This document shows positions 52,044-64,000 of a stretch of 64,000 nucleotides of DNA, piece after piece. Location of the stretch: NCBI GenBank assembly GCA_000146465.1, contig CP001942.1; one strand, written 5' to 3'. Position numbers and translations under genes: made by a program. Every line of letters starts with the position of its first letter. The first letter of the stretch is position 1. The notes under the pieces were generated by a model that worked only from the letters and a program-made list of their open reading frames with translations, made no database searches and had not been told where the DNA came from.

Positions 52044-53853
52044 GGCGGCTTTGCAATGGGTCCCCTGCAGCGGGTTTGAAGTTTCCTAGCCCCGTCTTCA
52101 TGCGCCAGTACTCCCCGCGGAGCTCCATCAGCTCGCCATGGCTTCCAGACTCGACTATGCGGCCGGCGTCCATCAGGATGATCCTGTCCATGTGCTCTGC
52201 CATCCACAGATCGTGGAAGACCATGACAACAGTCTTTCCGGGAAGGCCCATCAGCAGGTCGAAGATGGCCCTTTCCCCACTTGCATCCAGCCTCGACGTG
52301 ACCTCGTCGAGAAGCATCAGCGGCTTGTTCTGGAGCAGGCATCTTGCAATCGAGACCATCTGGACCTCTCCGCCGCTCAGCATCTTCATGGCCGAGTGGA
52401 GTCCTCGCCTCACAAGCAGGGGCCCGAGGCCTGCACTCCTGGATGCCTCGAGGATCTTCTGGAGGCTGGTTGCTGGGAGGCCGTATGAAATGTTGTGGAA
52501 GACAGTCTCGTCGAAGAAAGGCATGTCCTGAAGAATGCAGGCGATGGAGGCGCGGAGGGCAGCAGGGGAGGTGTTGCGGAGCTCGAGGCCGTTGACGCGG
52601 ATGGAGCCTGTGTAGGAGTGGAGCATCGGGATCAGCCTTAGGATGGAGCTCTTGCCGCTTCCAGGCCTTCCGATGATTCCGACACGCTCGCCACGGGCAA
52701 TCTTGAAGGACAGGTTTCTGAGGATGGGAGGGGCGTTTGGATATCCGAAGCTGACGCCCTCGAACTCGATGGCTGGAGGGGCTTGGGACTTGGGGGATGA
52801 CAGAGAGGGACACGGGAAGCCTGTGGCAAGGGAGGAGGCGGGACTCTGTCTGGCCATCCTCTCCAAGTGGTCGTGGAGGATCAGCAGATCTTCGCAGTCT
52901 ATCAGCCAGAACCCCATGTCCCTTGCAATGACACCCAGTGTCCACATGGACAGGTCGATGGAGAATACAAAGGAAAAGAGAGTTGCCAGGTCTCCAATGG
53001 TCATTGTGCCGGAAAAGGCATCTGGAGTGCCCTTGAGGACGGAGTAGACAAAGAGGATTGTGAAGAGTATCCTCTGGCCAAAGTTGATTATGGCCACACA
53101 TCCCTTGTCGGAGAGCTTGAGAGTCCACATTGCCCTTATGATCTCCTGGAGGCTGTCGACCTCGGCCTGCTCGCAGCAGCATGTCTTGACAAGATCCATG
53201 TTTGAGACACACTCGTGGATCTTCTTGGAGACCGAGTTGTCTGCATAGTTGATTCTCTCCTTGTACCAGGAACGGATCCTCAGGGTCACAAAGGTGTAGA
53301 CAGCATAGATGGAGATTGTGAAGAGGATGGGGAGAAGGTATCTGAGGCCAAACATCCTATAGACCTCTCTGAGGAGAAGAACAAGGTTGAAGAATGCAGG
53401 GACGGCGACGGTGAGGATCTTTGTAAGGACCTTGCAGATCTTCTTGTTTCCCCTCTCGACAATCCTGTTGAGGCTTGTGGGCTTGATTTCGCAAGCATGG
53501 GAGGCGTGGATTGCAAGGTAAAGAATGCGGGAGGTTATGTCCTCGACAATCCTGTTTGTTATGATGGAGAAGAGGACGACCTTGGACTCGATGAAGAGAG
53601 AGGAGAGGGTTCTGAGGACGAGGAAGGCTGTTGCCTTGCGGAAGATCAAGGACATGCCTGGATTGTCGGAGTCCTTGATGTGCTTTATGGTGTCGATGAT
53701 AGAGCCTCTCTTCTTGATGGAAGCAACGTCAAGCCACTTTCCAAGGACGATGCAGAGGGCCATTACAACGACTATTGCAACCTCGTGGGGAGATGTGGGC
53801 TTTAGCATGGATGCAAGTCTGCTCCATATTGCTCGACGGTCTATTTTCTTCAT
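52009..53853 (-). CDS. ABC half-transporter (TMD-NBD; ABCB/Atm1-Mdl-like)
   Basis: 614 aa. N-terminal 6-TM domain. Walker A GIIGRPGSGKSSIL, ABC signature LSGGEVQMVSIARCL, Walker B LMLLDEVTSRLD. Confidence 0.85.
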   Translation of the reverse strand: MKKIDRRAIWSRLASMLKPTSPHEVAIVVVMALCIVLGKWLDVASIKKRGSIIDTIKHIKDSDNPGMSLIFRKATAFLVLRTLSSLFIESKVVLFSIITNRIVEDITSRILYLAIHASHACEIKPTSLNRIVERGNKKICKVLTKILTVAVPAFFNLVLLLREVYRMFGLRYLLPILFTISIYAVYTFVTLRIRSWYKERINYADNSVSKKIHECVSNMDLVKTCCCEQAEVDSLQEIIRAMWTLKLSDKGCVAIINFGQRILFTILFVYSVLKGTPDAFSGTMTIGDLATLFSFVFSIDLSMWTLGVIARDMGFWLIDCEDLLILHDHLERMARQSPASSLATGFPCPSLSSPKSQAPPAIEFEGVSFGYPNAPPILRNLSFKIARGERVGIIGRPGSGKSSILRLIPMLHSYTGSIRVNGLELRNTSPAALRASIACILQDMPFFDETVFHNISYGLPATSLQKILEASRSAGLGPLLVRRGLHSAMKMLSGGEVQMVSIARCLLQNKPLMLLDEVTSRLDASGERAIFDLLMGLPGKTVVMVFHDLWMAEHMDRIILMDAGRIVESGSHGELMELRGEYWRMKTGLGNFKPAAGDPLQSRHAPLDAGCRDL

Positions 53854-53916
53854 TAGCTTTGGAAAGGGGAGGGGGTTTTATTGTCTGAGATGGCGGCAAG
53901 AAGCGTTTTTAATAAA

Positions 53917-55296
53917 CTACTTGTAGATGGGATGGGCGTCTACGAGGGCAAGGACCCTTTTCTTCAGATCGGCGGCAGCGGGGCTGGAGGACAAGAGGGC
54001 AGACGCTGTTTTCTGGAGCTCTGCCTTTGGGATGCTCTTCCCTGGGAATGTCTCTCTGCAGAGCTCGACGACGCCGTTGATTATGGCGGCAAGCTCTCTC
54101 ATGTCATGTGGGCCAAGGCCCCTGGCAGTGACGGCATATGTGCCTATGCGGATTCCGGATGGGTTGAGGGGGCTTGAGTCACCGGCAATGGTGTTTCTGT
54201 TGAGGCTGATTCCCAGGATGTCGCACACATGCTCGACAGCGGTGGCGTTGACGTCCTTGTTCTTGAGGTCTACAAGGAACATGTGGTTGTCTGTTCCGCC
54301 TGTGGGGATGTCGAAGCCCAGGGACAGCAGATGGGCGGAGAGTGCTTTAGAGTTTTCGACGACACACCTGGCGTACTCTGCAAACTCGGGGGTTGCGGCG
54401 TGGAGAAGAGCCGAAGCGATTCCAGCGATTGTGTGGTTGTGGGGGCCGCCCTGGAGCATGGGGAAGACGGCGAAGTTGATCTTTGTGTCCAGGTCGATGG
54501 AGACGGCGTTCTTTGTAACTGTTTTCCTGTAGAAGATGAGGGCGCCACGGGGGCCTCGAAGGCCTTTCTGGGTTGTTGTCATGACCACGTCGCAGTGGTT
54601 GAAGGGGCTGTTCATCAGGCCACATGCAACCAGAGGAGAGATGTGGGAGATGTCGGCAAAGAGAAAGGCGTTGTTGGAGGCAGCCAGGGAGGAAAGCCTC
54701 TTGTAGTCGATGTCTCTGGAGTATGCGCTGTACCCGCAGATCAGGATGTGAGGCTGGAAGTTGTTGAAGGCATCCTCGAGGGCATTGTAGTCGATGAAGC
54801 CGTCGGGGCCTATTCTGTAGGCTCTTGAGTCGAAGTAAACGCTTGTGGCCGATATCTTCCTGGTCTTTGTCCTGTATCCGTGTGTCAGGTGGCCTCCAGA
54901 TGGAAGATCGAGGCCCATGATTCTTCCTCCGGGAGGAACGAGGGCTGTATAGACGGCAAAGTTGGCTGGGCTCCCCGAGTATGGTTGGACATTGACGCCC
55001 CAGACTGCTGGGTCGAGGCCGAAGAGCGAGAGAGCCCTCTTCTGGCAAAGGGTCTCGATCTTGTCTATCCATTGTGTTCCTCCGTAGTACCGTTCTCCCA
55101 CTCTCCCCTCGGAATACTTGTTGGTAAGGACCGACCCGCAGGCCTCCATCACGCTTTGGTGGACGTAGTTTTCACTGGCTATCAGATTTATTGTCTTTTG
55201 CTGCCTTGCAGCCTCTCCGCAGATCAGGGCATGGAGCTCTGGATCCACTGTTTCCATCGGGCCTGTCCAGAAGCCCTCTCCTCTTCCCTTTGTCAT
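53917..55296 (-). CDS. SHMT: Serine hydroxymethyltransferase
   Basis: 459 aa. LIASENYVHQSVMEACGSVLTNKYSEGRVGERYYGG and the PLP-lysine region TTTTQKGLRGPRG. Confidence 0.95.
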   Translation of the reverse strand: MTKGRGEGFWTGPMETVDPELHALICGEAARQQKTINLIASENYVHQSVMEACGSVLTNKYSEGRVGERYYGGTQWIDKIETLCQKRALSLFGLDPAVWGVNVQPYSGSPANFAVYTALVPPGGRIMGLDLPSGGHLTHGYRTKTRKISATSVYFDSRAYRIGPDGFIDYNALEDAFNNFQPHILICGYSAYSRDIDYKRLSSLAASNNAFLFADISHISPLVACGLMNSPFNHCDVVMTTTQKGLRGPRGALIFYRKTVTKNAVSIDLDTKINFAVFPMLQGGPHNHTIAGIASALLHAATPEFAEYARCVVENSKALSAHLLSLGFDIPTGGTDNHMFLVDLKNKDVNATAVEHVCDILGISLNRNTIAGDSSPLNPSGIRIGTYAVTARGLGPHDMRELAAIINGVVELCRETFPGKSIPKAELQKTASALLSSSPAAADLKKRVLALVDAHPIYK

Positions 55297-55342
55297 GGCT
55301 TGTCCTTCCCCAAAACTTAAATACTTGTTGGAGGGAAGATTT

Positions 55343-56871
<1,529 letters not shown>

Positions 56872-56914
56872 GGATTATTAAATAGTATTAATAAAAAAGC
56901 GAAAACAAAAGGGA

Positions 56915-59503
56915 ATGAAATGGATTGAATTGGCAATTGGATTGATACCCATGATTGAGGGTAGGCAGGAAGAGGATTCTTCGTACAGGCGAAGACTGGA
57001 GAAGATTGTGATTCCGGAGCATTACGACCTGCATGTAAAAGTGATGGACGTGGGGTTCTGCGGAAAGGTAGGGATCTCTGTGAGTATTTTGGAACCTGTA
57101 AGGGAGATAGTGATGAACGCAAAAGAACTTGAGATTCAGGAGGCGACGATTCGGGTTGGAGACACCGAGGTTCCTGGAGAGATAGTGATGGGGGAGAAGG
57201 AGAAAGAGTACGAGATTGTGCGGATTGTGTTTGAAAAGGAGATTGAGGCGGGGAAGGGATATATCACGGCGAAGTTCTGTGGAGACTACAACAACGGACT
57301 TGTAGGGTTCTACAAGAGTGGGGAAGAGAAGGAGATATATAGTACGCACTTTGAGCCGACGGATGCACGGAGGGTGTTTCCATGTTTTGACCAGCCGGAC
57401 ATGAAGGCAACATTCCAGATTTCGATTGATGCGCCCTCGAGGCTTGTTGTTCTTTCGAACAGCCCCGAAGAGGAAGAGAAGCGGGAGGAGTATGGAGACA
57501 GGGCGATTTCGTATTTTGAGAAGACAAGCAAGATGTCGACGTACCTTGTTGCATTTGTGATTGGAGACCTTAATTACATTGAGGACTGGAGCAAGGGGGG
57601 AGTGCGACTTCGAGTGTATGGACAAGGAGAGGAAGTGGAGTGGGGAAGATACGGACTGGAGGTTGCAAAGAGATGCATTGACTACTTTTCTGAGTACTTT
57701 GGGATTGGATATGAGTTTCCACGGAAGGAGAGTGCAAAGGTGGACATGGTAGGGATTCCGAGCTTTGGAAGTGGAGCAATGGAGAACTGGGGGCTGATTA
57801 CGTTCCGACGGGAGAGTCTTCTGTATGTTGCAGGGAAGAGCAGTGTGGAAGACAAGAAGAATGTGGCGGAGACAGTGTGCCACGAGCTAGCACACATGTG
57901 GTTTGGGAACCTTGTGACGATGGAGTGGTGGGACGACCTATGGCTGAACGAGGGGTTTGCAACATGGATGTCGTACAAGGGGATGGAGAACATCGGGGAT
58001 GTTGTGGACTGGGATGTGTGGGGAGAATTTTTGCTCTGGGATGTGATCCGAGGAATGCTTGATGATGGGCTTGGAAAGAGCCACAAGATCCAAATGGCTG
58101 TTGAGAATGCAGGGGAGATTGGAGAGATTTTTGACACGATAAGCTACAGCAAGGGGTCGAGTGTGATCAGGATGATTGAGAGATATGTGGGGGAGTCTGT
58201 ATTTATGCTGGGGATCCGGCGATACATAAGAGAGCATATGTATGGGAATGTGAATGGAGAGAGTCTGTGGAAGGCGATTGGAAAGGAGTATGGAAAGGAT
58301 ATTTTGCCGATGGTTGAGGGATGGATTTCGCAGGCGGGGTATCCTATGGTAGAAGTGTCTGAACGTGAGTCTTCACTTATGCTGAAGCAGTCGCGGTATT
58401 CGATGATAGGAAAGGGGGATTCGAGTGTATGGACGGTGCCTGTTGTGATAGAATGGGAAGGAGGAGAGAAGGAGAGTATTTCGTTTTCTGGGAAGGAGAT
58501 GGAGATTCCTCGGAAGAAGGAGGGATACAAGATGAATGCGGAGTATGGAGGGTTTTACCGAGTGAAGTACGGACTTGATGGGCTTAAGCGTCTTGAGAAG
58601 AGGATTGGGGAGATGAGCAGCGAGGACCGAGTGAACATGATTGAAGATGTGTTTGGGGTTGGGTTTGGGCTGTATGGAGGACTAAAGGAAGGACTTCGAA
58701 AGGTTGGAGAGTATTACTCTGAGACGTACCATGTTGGACGAAGTGCCATTGAGAAGCTTCTCCGGATCCGAAGTGTGTTCTATGACGACTCGGAGGTTGT
58801 TTCTCTTGTGGAGAAGAAGATTATTGGGCTAATTGAAAGGAGGATTTCTTCTGTGGATGTTTGGAAGAGGGAAGGATCAGTTGAGGAGATCAGCATGGAC
58901 AAGTATGTACTGTCGGTGGGGATTGAGGTTGGCAGCAAGGTGGCAAAGGAGAAGGTTATGGAGATGTGGAATGAGCATCTTAGAAGCGGAAAGGAGCTTG
59001 GAGAGTTCCGAAGGATTGTGTACGAAGGAGTTGTTGACGACAATCTGGAGTACATGATGGAGAAGTACTGGAAGGGAGACACGCCTGGGATGCGACGGGA
59101 GGTGATGTTTGGATTCGGAGGGATCCAGAAGCAAGAGAACTTTGAGAAAATATTGTCTTCGCTTGGGAAGTTTAATGTGGAGGACATTGGAGTGGTGATA
59201 GCGGTGATCTGCCGAGGAAACAAGTTCCGGGACGCAATGGTTGAATATGTTGTGAGCCACGGGGAGGAGCTGTGTTCGATGGTGCATGATAACGGGATGT
59301 TGTATAACATAATCATTATGTCTCTGCGGCACGTGAGTGGAGAGGCGATGGTGTCTCGAGTGGTTTCGTTCCTGTCTGGAATCAAGCATCCTGGAAGCCA
59401 GCTGAACATTGAGAAGGTGCAGGACGAGATTGAGTGGAGACGAAGAATGAAAGGAATCCGAGAGGAGATTCTCTCTGGGCTTCGAGAAGAAGCATGGGAA
59501 TAA
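56915..59503 (+). CDS. M1-family zinc aminopeptidase (aminopeptidase N / glutamyl aminopeptidase-like)
   Basis: 862 aa. GAMENWGLITFRE exopeptidase motif and zinc-binding HELAHMWFGNLVTMEWWDDLWLNEGFATW (HExxH-18-E). The coding strand is strongly purine-rich. Confidence 0.95.
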   Translation: MKWIELAIGLIPMIEGRQEEDSSYRRRLEKIVIPEHYDLHVKVMDVGFCGKVGISVSILEPVREIVMNAKELEIQEATIRVGDTEVPGEIVMGEKEKEYEIVRIVFEKEIEAGKGYITAKFCGDYNNGLVGFYKSGEEKEIYSTHFEPTDARRVFPCFDQPDMKATFQISIDAPSRLVVLSNSPEEEEKREEYGDRAISYFEKTSKMSTYLVAFVIGDLNYIEDWSKGGVRLRVYGQGEEVEWGRYGLEVAKRCIDYFSEYFGIGYEFPRKESAKVDMVGIPSFGSGAMENWGLITFRRESLLYVAGKSSVEDKKNVAETVCHELAHMWFGNLVTMEWWDDLWLNEGFATWMSYKGMENIGDVVDWDVWGEFLLWDVIRGMLDDGLGKSHKIQMAVENAGEIGEIFDTISYSKGSSVIRMIERYVGESVFMLGIRRYIREHMYGNVNGESLWKAIGKEYGKDILPMVEGWISQAGYPMVEVSERESSLMLKQSRYSMIGKGDSSVWTVPVVIEWEGGEKESISFSGKEMEIPRKKEGYKMNAEYGGFYRVKYGLDGLKRLEKRIGEMSSEDRVNMIEDVFGVGFGLYGGLKEGLRKVGEYYSETYHVGRSAIEKLLRIRSVFYDDSEVVSLVEKKIIGLIERRISSVDVWKREGSVEEISMDKYVLSVGIEVGSKVAKEKVMEMWNEHLRSGKELGEFRRIVYEGVVDDNLEYMMEKYWKGDTPGMRREVMFGFGGIQKQENFEKILSSLGKFNVEDIGVVIAVICRGNKFRDAMVEYVVSHGEELCSMVHDNGMLYNIIIMSLRHVSGEAMVSRVVSFLSGIKHPGSQLNIEKVQDEIEWRRRMKGIREEILSGLREEAWE

Positions 59504-59889
59504 ACAGAGCATTCTTTAGTGAAAGTATTTAATGTCTTGTCTGATTAAGAGGTTTTGGGGCCCCTTCTATTGTTTCCGGGATGTGGAGTAGGGCCAGGGC
59601 CATTGTATGGTCTGTGCCGATGGGCCTTTGAGTGTTTCTTTACTCATCATCATCACCGTTTTCTCCATTAGTACCGCAGGAGGGATCTCCCAGTCCTCCG
59701 GGATTTCCCGATCCTCCACCTCCATTTCCTTGTCCTTCTACGTTACCAGAAGACGAAGACGATCCGGTCTCGGCAAGAATTCCTGTGAGGAGTGAGAGAG
59801 AGAAGAAAAGAAAAGCCTTGGAGTTCATTGTAGGGGTGAGCGGGGAAGTTCCTTATGTACTTGAGGATTTAAGGAGAGGAGCAAGTTAA

Positions 59890-60189
59890 AGGAGAGGCTT
59901 TTCAATGTCCTGTAGAGGAAGTGTGTGATTGAAAAGATTGAGAGCATAGGGTGGTTTGAGAGGGGTCTATGTTGTGATTGGGATGTGGGGGGAGGGGCTA
60001 TGGAGAGAAGGGGGAGCGAGGGGGAGGATTGGGATGTGGGGAGAAAAGAGAGTGGTTTTGGATTAGTTTTGGTCTCCTCTGAGAGAGATTTGTGTTTGAC
60101 GGTGGGGATGGAGGATTTTTTGGGATTTGATGTGGCTGTGGCCAGGGGTTTGTTGATGAGGGATCTGAGAGATTTTTGATGGGGGGTAG
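59890..60189 (+). promoter_or_regulatory. G-rich, C-depleted spacer immediately upstream of the SSU rRNA (putative rDNA promoter / external transcribed spacer). It contains a 15-bp direct repeat GATTGGGATGTGGGG at 59977..59991 and 60028..60042.
   Basis: Hand count gives about 14 C in about 265 nt, with many GGGG runs (gggatgtggggggagggg, agggggagcgagggggagg, gacggtggggatggagg, tgatggggggtagc). It sits between the last CDS stop (59503) and the SSU start (about 60190). Confidence 0.4.
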
Positions 60190-61481
60190 CATCAGGTTGA
60201 TTCTGCCTGACGTGGATGCTATTCTCTGGGACTAAGCCATGCATGTTGATGAACCTTGTGGGGGATTGACGGACGGCTCAGTGATAGTACGATGATTTGG
60301 TTGGCGGGAGAGCTGTAACTGCGGGAAACTGCAGGTAGGGGGCTAGGAGTGTTTTTGACACGAGCCAAGTAAGTTGTAGGCCTATCAGCTGGTAGTTAGG
60401 GTAATGGCCTAACTAGGCGGAGACGGGAGACGGGGGATCGGGGTTTGATTCCGGAGAGGGAGCCTGAGAGATGGCTACTACGTCCAAGGATGGCAGCAGG
60501 CGCGAAACTTGCCTAATCCTTTGGGGAGGCGGTTATGAGAAGTGAGTTTTTTTCGAGTGTAAAGGAGTCGAGATTGATTGGAGGGCAAGTCGGGTGCCAG
60601 CAGCCGCGGTAATACCTGCTCCAATAGTGTCTATGGTGAATGCTGCAGTTAAAAAGTCCGTAGTCTTTTGTATGTCTTTGTTTGGGGGATTATGTCCTGA
60701 TGTGGATGTAAGAGGTTTGGCAGAGGACGAGGGGCACCGGATAGTTGGGCGAGGGGTGAAATACGAAGACCCTGACTGGACGGACAGAAGCGAAGGCTGT
60801 GCTCTTGGACTTATGTGACGATGAAGGACGAAGGCTAGAGGATCGAAATCGATTAGATACCGTTTTAGTTCTAGCAGTAAACGATGCCGACTGGACGGGA
60901 CTATATAGTGTTGTGCATGAGAAATCTTGAGTATGTGGGTTCTGGGGATAGTATGCTCGCAAGAGTGAAACTTGAAGAGATTGACGGAAGGACACCACAA
61001 GGAGTGGAGTGTGCGGCTTAATTTGACTCAACGCGGGGCAACTTACCGGTTCTGAAGCGGGCAGGAGAACGAGGACGGGATGCGCGCGGCGGTGGTGCAT
61101 GGCCGTTTGAAATGGATGGCGTGAGCTTTGGATTAAGTTGCGTAAGATGTGAGACCCTTTGACAGTGCTCTTTGGGGCAAGGGAGGAATGGAACAGAACA
61201 GGTCCGTTATGCCCTGAGATGAAGCGGGCGGCACGCGCACTACGATAGATGGCGAGGGAGCCTGCTGTGAGGGATGAAGCTGTGTAATGGGCTTCTGAAC
61301 GTGGAATTCCTAGTAATAACGATTGAACAAGTTGTTTTGAATGGGTCCCTGTCCTTTGTACACACCGCCCGTCGCTATCTAAGATGACGCAGTGGACGAA
61401 GATTGGAAGGTCTGAGTCCTTCGTGTTAGATAAGATATAAGTCGTAACATGGCTGCTGTTGGAGAACCAGCAGCAGGATCA
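60190..61481 (+). rRNA. Small-subunit (16S-like) rRNA, microsporidian type, about 1.29 kb
   Basis: 5' end CATCAGGTTGATTCTGCCTGACG matches the classic microsporidian 18f primer site. Universal blocks GTGCCAGCAGCCGCGGTAAT (about 60592), GGATTAGATACC-like (60850s), ACACACCGCCCGTCGCTA (61360s). 3' end GTCGTAACATGG...GGAGAACCAGCAGCAGGATCA. Confidence 0.9.
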
Positions 61482-61509
61482 GTATTTGAGAGATTGGGGG
61501 GAATTTTTT
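61482..61509 (+). other. Internal transcribed spacer (very short; no GTTT-repeat array)
   Basis: It lies between the SSU 3' end (GGATCA) and the first LSU-conserved block. Boundaries are approximate to within about 15 nt. Confidence 0.5.

Positions 61510-64000
<2,491 letters not shown>

Noticed and set aside
51776-53212. Long alternative-frame ORFs in the GC-rich block: 51776..53212 (-, 478 aa), 52138..52488, 52344..52595, 52643..53047, 53215..53805, 54229..54828, 54347..55072, 55830..56342 and 56343..56705. They are Arg/Pro/His/Gly-rich and span the ABC, SHMT, TS and DHFR genes.
   Set aside because: Their composition (R/P/H/G/A-rich, no recognisable motifs) is what high GC produces by suppressing stop codons in off-frames. 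In every case a well-supported conserved enzyme occupies another frame over the same DNA.
59632-59889. An 85-aa plus-strand Pro/Ser-rich ORF in the rDNA upstream spacer.
   Set aside because: It overlaps, on the opposite strand, the 62-aa signal-peptide ORF. It is low-complexity and lies in a region more plausibly regulatory. Neither ORF is well supported, and only the minus-strand one is mentioned in the findings.

Overview
This window reads as a chromosome-arm end from a microsporidian (Encephalitozoon-like) nuclear genome, not a prokaryotic locus. Three things support this. (i) About 45 intronless eukaryotic housekeeping genes sit on both strands with intergenic spacers usually under 100 bp. 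They include XPB, Rbx1, RtcB, SMC2, CDC48, coatomer alpha, TAF9, Gar1, frataxin, a septin, a dynamin and chitin synthase. (ii) The rRNA unit at 60.2-64.0 kb has the microsporidian layout. The SSU is short (about 1.29 kb) and begins CATCAGGTTGATTCTGCCTGACG. The ITS is very short. The LSU has a bacterial-like 5' end (GCGAGGAAGGACGTG) with no separate 5.8S or ITS2. (iii) Chitin synthase, a subtilisin-like protease, MscS-like channels and candidate spore-wall proteins are present. A sharp base-composition break lies at about 51.5 kb. Hand counts give about 35-40% GC in the core (1-51.4 kb) and about 53-60% GC in the last 12.5 kb. That distal block holds five co-oriented genes: a NAP-like ORF, an ABC half-transporter, serine hydroxymethyltransferase, thymidylate synthase and dihydrofolate reductase. 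An M1 aminopeptidase and the rDNA follow. Only about 690 bp of G-rich, C-depleted spacer separates the last protein gene from the SSU. I found no CRISPR arrays, tRNAs, transposons, prokaryotic defence systems or convincing introns. Product calls rest on conserved motifs I could read in the supplied translations. Calls labelled -like (Suz12/VEFS-like, SAS-6/XRCC4-like head, EnP1/EnP2-like spore-wall proteins) are inferences that need profile searches.
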